From assembly GCA_964609895.1 (NCBI GenBank), contig CAZSTG010000002.1:84373-148372 (forward strand): a stretch of DNA of 64,000 nt. Reading direction: 5' to 3'. This document shows, piece after piece, positions 28,859-38,277 of this stretch. The DNA comes from an uncultured Gammaproteobacteria bacterium. Lineage in GTDB: Bacteria; Patescibacteriota; Microgenomatia; UBA10105; UBA927. Made by a program: the position numbers and the translations under genes. Every line of letters begins with the position of its first letter. Position 1 is the first letter of the stretch. The notes beneath the pieces were generated by a model that was not told the DNA's origin, ran no database searches, and saw only the letters and a list, made by a program, of their open reading frames with translations.

Positions 28859-29695
28859 ATGCCGAAAAAAGTTTCAGCGAAAGCGCCGGTTATTGCAGGA
28901 AAACAATACCATATTGACTGCGGACAAAGAGATCTCGCTTCATCTGTACTTCTCCCAGGGGATCCGGCACGGGTTGAAAAAATTGCATCCGGTTGGGATA
29001 GTGCAAAGGAAGTTGCAAACCACAGGGAATATCATACGATGACGGGACTATATAAAAAGACGCCTATTTCCTGTACATCAACTGGTATCGGAGCACCTTC
29101 CCTTGCTATTGCCGTGGAAGAACTTTCCCGCGTTGGTGTTGATACATTTATTCGTGTAGGAACGACCGGAGGACTACAAAAACAGCATCATTTGGGAGAC
29201 GTTATTATTTCCACCGGTGCCGTGAGACTTGACGGTGCAAGCCGTGATTATGTAATGCCGGAATATCCGGCTGTGGCACATTTTGAGGTGGTCGAGGCGC
29301 TGATAGCCGCTGCGGAAATTCTGAAGATTCCGTATCATGTCGGCATTACTGCTTCTACTGATACATTTTATTGCGGTCAGGGAAGGCCTGGATTTGATGA
29401 TTATTTTCCCAGTCACAAAGCCCATATTGTTGATGATATGCAACGTGCTGGCGTGCAAAATTTTGAAATGGAGGCATCCTGTTTATTTACCCTCGCCAGT
29501 CTCTTCGAAAAACGGGCGGGGGCTGTGTGTACCGTTATCGCAAATCGCGTAACGAATGAATTTACTATAACGGATGAATATCAAAAACGGGCAGGACGCG
29601 TTGCTTCGTTGGCAGTACATATTCTTGCTATGTGGGATAGGGAAAAGAAAAAAAACAAAAAACGCTACACCACCCCTTGTGTTGTGGAATCATGA
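28859..29695 (+). CDS. udp: Uridine phosphorylase (PNP/UDP family)
   Basis: QYHI, LLPGDPARV, HREY, STGIGAPS, IRVGTTGG, FYCGQGR, NFEMEA; AAGGAG RBS. Confidence 0.93.
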   Translation: MPKKVSAKAPVIAGKQYHIDCGQRDLASSVLLPGDPARVEKIASGWDSAKEVANHREYHTMTGLYKKTPISCTSTGIGAPSLAIAVEELSRVGVDTFIRVGTTGGLQKQHHLGDVIISTGAVRLDGASRDYVMPEYPAVAHFEVVEALIAAAEILKIPYHVGITASTDTFYCGQGRPGFDDYFPSHKAHIVDDMQRAGVQNFEMEASCLFTLASLFEKRAGAVCTVIANRVTNEFTITDEYQKRAGRVASLAVHILAMWDREKKKNKKRYTTPCVVES

Positions 29696-29737
29696 TCAGG
29701 TTTGATACAATTATATTTATTTCTTGTTTGAAGATGC

Positions 29738-30556
29738 ATGGATATAGTGGATATGGAAAACGCTAAACTGCCGGAAATGACAAAAGAAGCCGAAGCTGCG
29801 TATGCCAGCTGGCAAAAAGCACTGGAAGCGGATATTGCACGCGATGATGCACGCCTTTTGCCGGACACAGTCTCTACAGATGATTTTGTGCGGGAAGAAA
29901 AGAAAAGGAAAGAAGCAGAACAGGCAGTGCTTATTGATGCAAAAACAGGACTTCCCAACGGCGTTGCCTTTCAACAGAAACTTGAACAGTTTCGGCATTC
30001 ACAAGAATCCGGTGCACTCATTATCATGGATCTGAACGGATTAAAGGTGATTAATGATGAGATGGGTGGTCATGCGGCGGGAGATCATGCTCTCATCACC
30101 ATTGCAAAAGAGTTGAAATTGAACACCTCAGAGCACGATTTTGTCGCAAGAGTCAATGATAACGGGGGAGACGAATTTGCTGTGTTGTTCCCTGGTTTAT
30201 CCCGATCAGTATTGCCTGATGTGATCGACCGTTTGCAAAATATATTTTCCGGCGGATTTGATGAACACGATCATTTGATTCCCACAGTCTCGATTGGGGC
30301 GGTACATACGGATGATATAGGCGACGCAGATCGTTCGTGCTTACGGGACTGTGCGGACTATGCGATGTATAAGGCAAAAAACTCGGTGAAATCAGTCCCT
30401 TCGATCATTGAGCATAACGCTCATTCGAATACGACATATGAACTTCGAAAACCGACTGCTTCCTACATCTACAATCCGCAGATGGACGGTCCGGTGCTCA
30501 CTGTGAAGGATGCACTTGCCTCGTTTCAGGCAAAACCACAGGTTCGCTTGAAATAA
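29738..30556 (+). CDS. GGDEF domain protein (diguanylate cyclase)
   Basis: DAKTGLPN, DLNGLKVINDEMGGHAAGD, GGDEF, VSIG, ADYAMYKAK. Confidence 0.92.
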   Translation: MDIVDMENAKLPEMTKEAEAAYASWQKALEADIARDDARLLPDTVSTDDFVREEKKRKEAEQAVLIDAKTGLPNGVAFQQKLEQFRHSQESGALIIMDLNGLKVINDEMGGHAAGDHALITIAKELKLNTSEHDFVARVNDNGGDEFAVLFPGLSRSVLPDVIDRLQNIFSGGFDEHDHLIPTVSIGAVHTDDIGDADRSCLRDCADYAMYKAKNSVKSVPSIIEHNAHSNTTYELRKPTASYIYNPQMDGPVLTVKDALASFQAKPQVRLK

Positions 30557-30725
30557 CCTTATTTTTCTGCTATACTCCCATTATCACACACGTTCGCATT
30601 TGTATCTTCTCTTCTGTGTTTCAGAGGGAAGCGGACGGAGGATAAAAGAAGATACGCCTTGGTTTTTTGTATTATAAAGCACCAGCGTATCGGTGCTTTT
30701 TTTGTTTTTTGAGGAGTTAAATAGT
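30548..30725 (+). promoter_or_regulatory. rpsB promoter and structured ~145-nt leader (probable S2 autoregulation)
   Basis: TTGAAA-17-TATACT with extended TG; leader contains CACACACG, stem GTATCTTCT/AGAAGATAC and hairpin AAAGCACC...GGTGCTTT. Confidence 0.65.
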
Positions 30726-31637
30726 ATGAAAGAAGTATCACTGCAGGAACTTTTGGAAGCAGGATGTCATTTTGGCCATAAATCAGAACGGTGGCACCCG
30801 AAAGCATCCAAGTTTATTTATATCGAAAAAGATGGTATCCACATCATCGATCTTGCAAAAACTAAAGCAGGACTGGAAGAAGCAGCCCAATTTGTCCGAG
30901 ATCTTGTGGCAGGTGGCAGTGAAATCCTGTTTGTCGGAACAAAACGGCAGGCAAAAAGCATTGTAAAGGCAGAAGGAATCCGTGCGGCAGCTTCCTATAT
31001 CACTGAACGGTGGATCGGCGGATTTTTGACCAACTGGGATGGCATTCATAAAAATATTCAGAAAATCATCCGAATGGCTGATGAGGAAGCAACCGGAAAA
31101 TGGAAAAAATTCCCGAAGCACGAACAGATGAAAATGGCACGCTACCTCCGAAGGCTCAATGTTTTTTACGGCGGTGTGCTGAAGCTTGATGTTCCTCCGC
31201 AGGCACTGTTTGTTATTGACGTGAAAAAAGAAATCGCAGCAGTCAGAGAAGCAGTCAGAACCGGCATTCCCGTAGTGGCCATCGTGGATACGAATTCCGA
31301 TCCCACCGGTATAGAACACGTGATTCCTGCAAATGATGATGCGGTCGGATCCGTGACGCTCATTACGCAGACTATTGCCAATGCATATCTGGAAGGAAAA
31401 GCGGAAGCGATGAAAAATGCTGCCGATGCACAGGAGAGAGAAGAAGCGCAGAAGAAAAAAGAAGATAAGAAAACGGCAGTAGCCACTGATGTGAAAGAAG
31501 AGGGAAAAGAAAAAGCGGAAGCGATCACAGCAGCACTTACCGTTGAAGAAAAACCGAAACCTGCCCGCAATGCTTCGCATAGCGATGCAGGCGGGGCAGT
31601 CAAAAAGCCACGAGTAAAGAAACTGTATAATAATTGA
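30726..31637 (+). CDS. rpsB: 30S ribosomal protein S2
   Basis: LLEAGCHFGH, IHIIDL, LFVGTK, RWIGGFLTN, IPANDDA; charged C-terminal extension. Confidence 0.98.
   Translation: MKEVSLQELLEAGCHFGHKSERWHPKASKFIYIEKDGIHIIDLAKTKAGLEEAAQFVRDLVAGGSEILFVGTKRQAKSIVKAEGIRAAASYITERWIGGFLTNWDGIHKNIQKIIRMADEEATGKWKKFPKHEQMKMARYLRRLNVFYGGVLKLDVPPQALFVIDVKKEIAAVREAVRTGIPVVAIVDTNSDPTGIEHVIPANDDAVGSVTLITQTIANAYLEGKAEAMKNAADAQEREEAQKKKEDKKTAVATDVKEEGKEKAEAITAALTVEEKPKPARNASHSDAGGAVKKPRVKKLYNN
31560..31595 (+). repeat. 36-bp GC-rich hairpin element read in-frame in rpsB (PARNASHSDAGG)
   Basis: CCTGCCCGCAATGCTTCGCATAGCGATGCAGGCGGG: outer CCCGC/GCGGG and inner TCGC-ATA-GCGA stems inside an A-rich Lys/Glu tail. Confidence 0.8.
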
Positions 31638-31650
31638 TAAGGAGTGTTTT

Positions 31651-32121
31651 ATGAATTTTTCACTTGATACGTTAAAGAAACTACGTGAAGAAACGCAAGC
31701 GGGTGTTGCTGACTGCAAAAAGGCGCTTGATGAATCAAAGGGTGACTATAAAAAAGCAATGGAGTTTTTGAAGTCATGGGGTATCGAGAAGGCGGCAAAA
31801 AAAGGTGATCGGGAGACCGCGGTCGGGATCATCGAATCGTATGTACATGCCAATGCAAAGGTCGGTGTTCTGGTGGAAGTACGCTGTGAGACTGATTTTG
31901 TGGCAAAAAATGAGGCGTTCAAGAAGCTTGCCCACGAACTTGCCTTGCAGATTGCAGCGATGGATCCAAAAGATGTGGATGAACTCCTAAAAAGTTCTTA
32001 CATTCGTGATGGAAAAACTACGATGGGTGATTTGGTGAAGCAGGCAATTACCACTATAGGCGAAAATATTACGGTTGTGCAGTTTATGCGCATGCAGCTG
32101 GACAAAAAAGAATTGGTGTAA
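31651..32121 (+). CDS. tsf: Elongation factor Ts (short form)
   Basis: LREETQAGVADCKKAL, VEVRCETDFVA, IGENI; 156 aa. Confidence 0.96.
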   Translation: MNFSLDTLKKLREETQAGVADCKKALDESKGDYKKAMEFLKSWGIEKAAKKGDRETAVGIIESYVHANAKVGVLVEVRCETDFVAKNEAFKKLAHELALQIAAMDPKDVDELLKSSYIRDGKTTMGDLVKQAITTIGENITVVQFMRMQLDKKELV

Positions 32122-32166
32122 TTTCACTTGACTGAGACGCTTCCTTTCCCGTAGTATAGAGTCATT

Positions 32167-32730
32167 ATGATAGACACCATCCTATCCCTTGCGCAGGGGA
32201 AAATGCGTAAAGCAATAGAAATAACGAGGAACGATCTTTCATCTATTCGTTCTGGTAGGGCTACCGGTGCACTTGTTGAGAATATCATCATTACGGCATA
32301 CGAAGGAACACAAAAACTCAAGCTTCAAGAAATGGCGACGATTGGTATTCCCGATGCCAAGACAATCACAATTAGTCCGTATGATCCCAGTGCCGCGCAG
32401 GACATTATCAAAAGCATTCAAAGTGCAGACACAGGCATGAATCCAGTGTCAGATGGAGAAATCATCCGAATCACCATTCCGCCGATGAGCCAAGAACAAC
32501 GGGAAGAATACATAAAGCTAGCACGGACAAAGCTTGAGGGTGGACGCATTATGATTCGTCAGATTCGCCAAGAAGCAATGAAAGACTTAAAAAAAGAAGT
32601 AGAAGATGCAGTTATTACGGAAGATCAGCAAAAAGTCGGAGAGAAAAAAGTGCAGGAGCTCACAGACGAAATGATTTCAGAAGTGGACGCCATGGGAACG
32701 AAAAAAGAAGCGGAACTCATGCAAATTTAA
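32167..32730 (+). CDS. frr: Ribosome recycling factor
   Basis: IRSGRA, ISPYD, NPVSDG, IRITIPPMSQEQR. Confidence 0.97.
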   Translation: MIDTILSLAQGKMRKAIEITRNDLSSIRSGRATGALVENIIITAYEGTQKLKLQEMATIGIPDAKTITISPYDPSAAQDIIKSIQSADTGMNPVSDGEIIRITIPPMSQEQREEYIKLARTKLEGGRIMIRQIRQEAMKDLKKEVEDAVITEDQQKVGEKKVQELTDEMISEVDAMGTKKEAELMQI

Positions 32731-32769
32731 GAAGATTATTGGTCGGATTGGTATTTATTGGTTTATTGT

Positions 32770-33873
32770 ATGTTCCTCACTGCCGTAACGTTTATCATTA
32801 TTTTAAGCATTCTCGTGATGCTGCATGAGCTTGGGCATTATACGGTCGCACGGATCTTTGGTGTGCACGTCGAGGAATTCGGATTCGGACTTCCTCCGAG
32901 AATTTGGGGCAAAAAAATAAAAGGCACGATCTATTCCATTAATTGGCTTCCCATCGGCGGATTTGTGAAACTTGCGGGAGAAGACGAGGAAGATGTGGAC
33001 AAGGAAAAAGGGAAAATCAAATCGGAGAAGGTGAGAAACACATATTTCTGGGCAAAGTCTCGCGGTCAACGCGCGTTAATTTTGTGTGCAGGCGTGTTTA
33101 TGAATTTCTTGCTCGCTGTCGGTATTACCACCTATTTGCTGACGCGCGGCGTGACAGAGCCAACCAACATTGTGCATGTGGAGTCGGTTACAGCAAACAG
33201 TCCTGCAGCACTTGGGGGACTCAAAGAGCAGGATATCGTCAAGTCTATCCAATATACAGATGCAGGCGGCTTACAAACTACAAATCTTGAAACTCCGGAT
33301 GAGTTGATCTCAATTGTTAAAACACATGCAGGAACAACGGTGACACTGACCATTATACGAAACAACGAGCCGTTATCTGTTTCGCTTATTCCCCGTACAA
33401 ACCCACCCGCAGGAGAAGGGCCGTTGGGTGTTGCGGTATCGAATTTGGAAAAACACACCTATCCACTATCCAAAGCGCCGTTTATGGCGGTAAAAATTAA
33501 TGTGGTCAGGATGTGGACTATGCTGACTTCATTGGGCTCTGTGATTTCCAAACTGGTGACAGGGGACAAACTTGCATCAGGGGAAATTTCAGGGCCGATC
33601 GGCATTGCACAGGTCACAGGTCAGGCCGTCAAATATGGATTTGATGCCGTCCTTGAATTTATGGCGATTCTTTCCTTGAATCTGGCACTCTTAAATATTT
33701 TGCCATTTCCTGCGCTCGACGGAGGGAGACTCGCATTTGTCATTGCCGACAAATTCGGCAAGAAAGCGAGACCAGCCGTGGAACGCATGATTCACCAGAT
33801 CGGCATGATTATCCTCATGGCACTCATTCTTCTTGTGACGGTCAATGATATTCTTCGTATTGTGCGGGGATAA
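32770..33873 (+). CDS. rseP: Site-2 (M50) intramembrane metalloprotease with PDZ domain, RseP-like
   Basis: HELGH, PIGGFV, AGVFMNF, GPIGI, NILPFPALDGG. Confidence 0.94.
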   Translation: MFLTAVTFIIILSILVMLHELGHYTVARIFGVHVEEFGFGLPPRIWGKKIKGTIYSINWLPIGGFVKLAGEDEEDVDKEKGKIKSEKVRNTYFWAKSRGQRALILCAGVFMNFLLAVGITTYLLTRGVTEPTNIVHVESVTANSPAALGGLKEQDIVKSIQYTDAGGLQTTNLETPDELISIVKTHAGTTVTLTIIRNNEPLSVSLIPRTNPPAGEGPLGVAVSNLEKHTYPLSKAPFMAVKINVVRMWTMLTSLGSVISKLVTGDKLASGEISGPIGIAQVTGQAVKYGFDAVLEFMAILSLNLALLNILPFPALDGGRLAFVIADKFGKKARPAVERMIHQIGMIILMALILLVTVNDILRIVRG

Positions 33874-33925
33874 TCTTTATTCCTATTTTCAAACCTCTTC
33901 TATTTCGAGTATACTTTTAAGTACT

Positions 33926-35368
33926 ATGGCATTTGACAAAAATGAGCTAAAGAAAAAGTCGGAGAATATTTCCGACTGGTATAATACCATTGTCCTTAAA
34001 GCGGAGCTTGCCGATTACGGGCCTGTGAAAGGCACCATGGTTATCCGACCGTACGGGTATGCCATCTGGGAAACAGTCCAGCATATTTTTGACGGGATGA
34101 TTAAGGCTGCGAGAGTTGAAAATGCCTACTTTCCCATGTTTATTCCCGAATCCTTCCTTAAAAAAGAAAAAGAGCATGTGGAAGGATTTTCACCGGAACT
34201 TGCGGTGGTGACGCATGCCGGTGGGGAAAAACTTACAGAACCGCTTGTGGTTCGGCCGACGTCGGAAACCATCATGTATTCGATGTTTGCCAAATGGGTC
34301 AAAAGCTGGCGCGATTTGCCGCTCCTTTTGAATCAATGGTGTAATATCGTGCGTTGGGAAAAACGGACATATCTGTTTTTGCGTACCACCGAATTTTTGT
34401 GGCAGGAAGGGCATACTGCTCATGCTACACATGAAGAAGCTATTGCGTTTGCAAAAAAAGCGCATGAATGGTACGCTCGGATTTTTGAAGACTATTTCGC
34501 GATGCCGGTTTTGCTCGGTACAAAAAGCCACACGGAACAGTTCGCAGGTGCATTTAAGACCTATACCGTGGAGAGCCTGATGCCGGACGGGAAAGCGTTG
34601 CAGTCTGCAACGAGCCATGATTTGGGTCAGAATTTTTCAAAAGTGTTCGGTATTCAGTTTCAGGATCAGGAAAAGAAACTTGAGTATGCATGGCAGACTT
34701 CATGGGGCTTGTCGACGCGCGCTCTCGGCGGTCTGTTTCTGACGCATGGGGATGATGCGGGACTGATTTTGCCTCCGAAGGTTGCTCCAATTCAGCTCGT
34801 TGTTGTGCCGATTTTGTCTTCCAAAACAACACCGAAAAAAGATCAGCATGCATATGTGAAGCGGATCACTGATGCATTTATTTCCCAAGGGATTCGCGTC
34901 AAACTGGATGATACGGATGACAGTCCGGGACGGAAATTCAACACATGGGAGATGAAGGGTGTACCTGTCCGGATAGAGATTGGCGTCAAAGAAACAGATG
35001 ACGAAACAGTAACGTTGGTATTTCGTGACACTGGGGAAAAGAAAACGATACCTTGGAAAGAAGCGGTTATGCAGATTGATGATGAGCTCAAAGCAATGCA
35101 GGAACGATTACTTACAAAACAAAAGGCTTTTGTAAAGAGCCACACATACGATGTTTCATCCTATGATGCATTCAAAAAAATCATGAGTACAACAAAAGGA
35201 TTTTTGCAGGCGTTTTGGTGTGAGGATGCAGCATGTGAGAAAGCAATTAAGGACGAGACAAAAGCGACAACCAGATGTTTGCCGATGGATACGAAAGAAG
35301 AAAAAGGAGTATGTGTGCACTGCGGTAAACCTGCAACACACCGTTGGATCTTCGGACAGAGCTATTAA
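33926..35368 (+). CDS. proS: Proline-tRNA ligase, archaeal/eukaryal type
   Basis: IRPYGYAIWE, RPTSET, FLRTTEFLWQEGH, QTSWGLSTR, C-terminal FGQSY. Confidence 0.98.
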   Translation: MAFDKNELKKKSENISDWYNTIVLKAELADYGPVKGTMVIRPYGYAIWETVQHIFDGMIKAARVENAYFPMFIPESFLKKEKEHVEGFSPELAVVTHAGGEKLTEPLVVRPTSETIMYSMFAKWVKSWRDLPLLLNQWCNIVRWEKRTYLFLRTTEFLWQEGHTAHATHEEAIAFAKKAHEWYARIFEDYFAMPVLLGTKSHTEQFAGAFKTYTVESLMPDGKALQSATSHDLGQNFSKVFGIQFQDQEKKLEYAWQTSWGLSTRALGGLFLTHGDDAGLILPPKVAPIQLVVVPILSSKTTPKKDQHAYVKRITDAFISQGIRVKLDDTDDSPGRKFNTWEMKGVPVRIEIGVKETDDETVTLVFRDTGEKKTIPWKEAVMQIDDELKAMQERLLTKQKAFVKSHTYDVSSYDAFKKIMSTTKGFLQAFWCEDAACEKAIKDETKATTRCLPMDTKEEKGVCVHCGKPATHRWIFGQSY

Positions 35369-35377
35369 CTCCTCGGT

Positions 35378-35833
35378 ATGATAAAACACTACACATCAAC
35401 CGCAATGCTCGTGACGAATACAAAACCGAGAAAAGTGTTGTTGGGAATGCATCAAAAATTACAAATGTGGCTGCCGCCCGGAGGGCATCAGGAAGAAAAT
35501 GAAAATCCGTTTGAAGCGCTTATTCGGGAAACGAAAGAAGAAACTGGATTTGATGTGAGTGCCTTTTTGCCAGAAACCAAAAATTTGGACGAACGGGTTG
35601 CATCTTTGCCCGTGCCTGACTATTTATTTGAAGAACTTATTCCAGCACGAGGGGAAAAACCTGAACATATTCATATGGATTTTGTGTACATCATTGTTGT
35701 ACCGGAATTTGTTCCGAAGTTTCCTGACCGTGAATACACTACGATGCGATGGATTGGGGAAGACGATGTTACGGGACTTCCGTTATATCCAAACATTAAA
35801 GACATCATTTTGCCACGGTGTTTTACCTTCTAA
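35378..35833 (+). CDS. NUDIX hydrolase
   Basis: Nudix box PGGHQEENENPFEALIRETKEETG. Confidence 0.93.
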   Translation: MIKHYTSTAMLVTNTKPRKVLLGMHQKLQMWLPPGGHQEENENPFEALIRETKEETGFDVSAFLPETKNLDERVASLPVPDYLFEELIPARGEKPEHIHMDFVYIIVVPEFVPKFPDREYTTMRWIGEDDVTGLPLYPNIKDIILPRCFTF

Positions 35834-35875
35834 ATTACTTTCAATGAGGTATGTTGTTGCGGTATAATGACAATA

Positions 35876-36700
35876 ATGAAAACCATTGTGACACATTTTG
35901 CTCCTGATCTTGATGCCATTTGTTCCGTGTGGCTATTAAAGACGTTTGTCCCTGATTTGAAAGAGGCAGCAATTGCATTTGTGCCTGCGGGAAAGACATT
36001 GAATGGCATGGTTCCAGACGGCAATCCGGATATCATCCATGTCGATACGGGTTTTGGGAAATTTGATCATCATCAAACAAGTGATGATACGTGTGCTGCA
36101 CTTCTGGTGTATCAGTCCCTTGGGAAAAGGGATGAGGCACTCGAGAGGCTGCTGCATGTTGTCAATGATGTGGATCATTTTAAGGAAGTATTTTATCCGA
36201 ATCCGACTGCCGATTTTTATGATCTTTCGCTTCCCGTTATCATTGACGGATTACAGTTTTCGATGGCGGATAATCCTGTCGGCATGATGGAGCGCGTCAT
36301 GGATTGCTTGGACGGGATATACAAGATGTTTCAGAATAAAGTGTGGGCGGAGAAAGATATTACGGAGAACGCAATTCAGTTTGATACGAAGTTTGGCAAA
36401 GCATTCGGCATTGAAACAGTCAATCGTGAGGTGGTGCACTACGGACAAAAAATGGGATTTATCCTCGTTGTACGGAAAGATCCGAAAAACGGTAATGCCG
36501 CAATCAAAACTGTGCCAAAGGATGATATTGATTTGACGGCTGTGTATGAGTCGCTTCTGAAGAAAGATCCGACGGCCACATGGTTTTTGCATCCAAGCCA
36601 TCACATGCTCTTAAACGGCAGTGCAAAAAATCCCGATATGAAACCGACGACACTATCGCTTGAGGCACTTATTGCAGAGGTAAAAACTATTTATGGATAA
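35876..36700 (+). CDS. MYG1/DHH-like putative metal-dependent hydrolase
   Basis: VTHFAPDLDA, VDTGFGKFDHHQ, TCAA; ATG lies 7 nt after TATAAT. Confidence 0.7.
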   Translation: MKTIVTHFAPDLDAICSVWLLKTFVPDLKEAAIAFVPAGKTLNGMVPDGNPDIIHVDTGFGKFDHHQTSDDTCAALLVYQSLGKRDEALERLLHVVNDVDHFKEVFYPNPTADFYDLSLPVIIDGLQFSMADNPVGMMERVMDCLDGIYKMFQNKVWAEKDITENAIQFDTKFGKAFGIETVNREVVHYGQKMGFILVVRKDPKNGNAAIKTVPKDDIDLTAVYESLLKKDPTATWFLHPSHHMLLNGSAKNPDMKPTTLSLEALIAEVKTIYG

Positions 36701-37103
36701 TTGTCTGTTTTGCTCCATCGTCGCCAACACCAGTCCTTCCTATACGGTATATGAAGATGAAGAGACGAAAGCATTTTTGGATATTTTTCCGTCGACTTCG
36801 GGGCATGTTGTTGTAATTTTGAAAAAACATGGTTGGGGAATTAGTGACTATACACCAGAAGAGCTGGGGAGTTTGATGGCGACCGTGCAAAAAGTGGTTG
36901 CTGCACTCACTCAAGCATTCAAGACGGAAGTATTTACCATTGGCATGAATCATAAGGAAGAAAACGGTGTTCACCATCTCCATATGCATATATTGCCGCG
37001 GTTTTTCGATGACAAGGGCGGTGTGATACAATCAGTAGTTGAACGTGAGGGAAAAGAGTCCCTTACAGAAATAGCAGAAAAAATAAAAAAAGAGATTGGG
37101 TGA
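36693..37103 (+). CDS. HIT family hydrolase
   Basis: CLFCSI, AFLDIFP..GH, VHHLHMHILPR. Confidence 0.95.
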   Translation: MDNCLFCSIVANTSPSYTVYEDEETKAFLDIFPSTSGHVVVILKKHGWGISDYTPEELGSLMATVQKVVAALTQAFKTEVFTIGMNHKEENGVHHLHMHILPRFFDDKGGVIQSVVEREGKESLTEIAEKIKKEIG

Positions 37104-37122
37104 GGAGGTGTTTTCATATTTT

Positions 37123-37311
37123 ATGGTATTTGTAAAAGCACAACCAGGAGATAATTCAGATTCATTGATTCGTAAATTTACTCGTAAAGTTCTGACGGAA
37201 GGAATTCTGCAGGATTTGAAGAAACGGGAGTTTTATCAGAAACCTGCTGAAATCAAAAAAGAAAAAAAGCGGGATCTCGCTCGACGTTTGCGTCATCCGG
37301 GAAGGATATAA
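37123..37311 (+). CDS. rpsU: 30S ribosomal protein S21
   Basis: DSLIRKFTRKV, KKREFYQKP; GAGGAGGTG upstream. Confidence 0.93.
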   Translation: MVFVKAQPGDNSDSLIRKFTRKVLTEGILQDLKKREFYQKPAEIKKEKKRDLARRLRHPGRI

Positions 37312-37315
37312 GCAT

Positions 37316-37762
37316 ATGATGCTTGATACGTTGAAAGCTGATTTGGTGACAGCGATGAAAGCACACGACAGGACGGCTATGGATACCATCCGATTTTTGC
37401 TGTCTGCCATCCGGAATATGGCTATTGCCAAATACGGCGCGGAAAGCGATACGGCGCTGACAGACAATGACGTGACGGATACAATAAAAAAACTGGTGAA
37501 AACCCATAAAGAATCAGTTGAGGCATTTCAAAAAGCCGGCCGTGCAGAACTCGTTGCGAAAGAGTCAGGGGAACTTGCCGTTCTTGAACGGTATGTGCCT
37601 GCGGAAATGAGCGATGAAGAACTGAGGAGTTTACTTGCGCCGGTTGCCGCCTCCGGAGAGCAAAATTTCGGACTTCTGATGCGAAATGCGATGCAGGTAG
37701 TTGCAGGGAAAGCAGATGGCGCACGCGTTTCGCAAATGTTAAAACAATTACAACAAAAGTAA
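37316..37762 (+). CDS. GatB/YqeY domain protein
   Basis: LVTAMKAHD, KESVEAFQKAGRAEL, GKADG; canonical position after rpsU. Confidence 0.93.
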   Translation: MMLDTLKADLVTAMKAHDRTAMDTIRFLLSAIRNMAIAKYGAESDTALTDNDVTDTIKKLVKTHKESVEAFQKAGRAELVAKESGELAVLERYVPAEMSDEELRSLLAPVAASGEQNFGLLMRNAMQVVAGKADGARVSQMLKQLQQK

Positions 37763-37764
37763 TT

Positions 37765-37799
37765 ATTTAGCATTTATCATTTGGCATTTAGCATTTTAT
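37765..37799. repeat. Heptamer tandem repeat (ATTTAGC-like x5)
   Basis: ATTTAGC ATTTATC ATTTGGC ATTTAGC ATTTTAT. Confidence 0.75.
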
Positions 37800-37803
37800 T
37801 TAT

Positions 37804-38205
37804 ATGGTGCATGTAATTATTCAGACGGAATCCCGCTATCCGGTTTCGCGGAAAAGAATCACCAAAGCAATTCAGGATTTTCTGACGGGAAAAATCGAAA
37901 GTGACGCGGATGTGTCTGTAACATTTGTCGGCGACCGCAAAATTCATGAGCTCAACAAAACATACAGACAGAAGGACTATCCGACGGATGTCCTGTCGTT
38001 TCCTTTGTATGATCCAACACAACCGTCTCCTGTTCCATTTATAGGACCGCCTGATGACATCCTGCATTTGGGAGACATTGTTGTGTCATACCCAATGGCT
38101 GTCAAAGAAGCGGGGGAACAAGAGAAACTGGTGGATGACATGATTGAATTTCTGGTGCTGCACGGACTGAATCATCTTCTTGGTAATCATCATCCTGAGG
38201 TATAA
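37804..38205 (+). CDS. ybeY: rRNA maturation endoribonuclease YbeY
   Basis: LNKTYRQKDYPTDVLSF, LGDIVVS, HGLNHLLGNHH. Confidence 0.96.
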   Translation: MVHVIIQTESRYPVSRKRITKAIQDFLTGKIESDADVSVTFVGDRKIHELNKTYRQKDYPTDVLSFPLYDPTQPSPVPFIGPPDDILHLGDIVVSYPMAVKEAGEQEKLVDDMIEFLVLHGLNHLLGNHHPEV

Positions 38206-38277
38206 ATACATATCAATTTCCAATACATACCAATATAGTGTATTATCATTTGGTATTAGATATCAAAGTATTCCATT

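Noticed and set aside
30783-31718. 311-aa antisense ORF over rpsB (also 1421-2116, 49929-50600, 55546-56541 and other shadow ORFs)
   Set aside because: They overlap well-supported genes on the opposite strand and show no recognisable motifs
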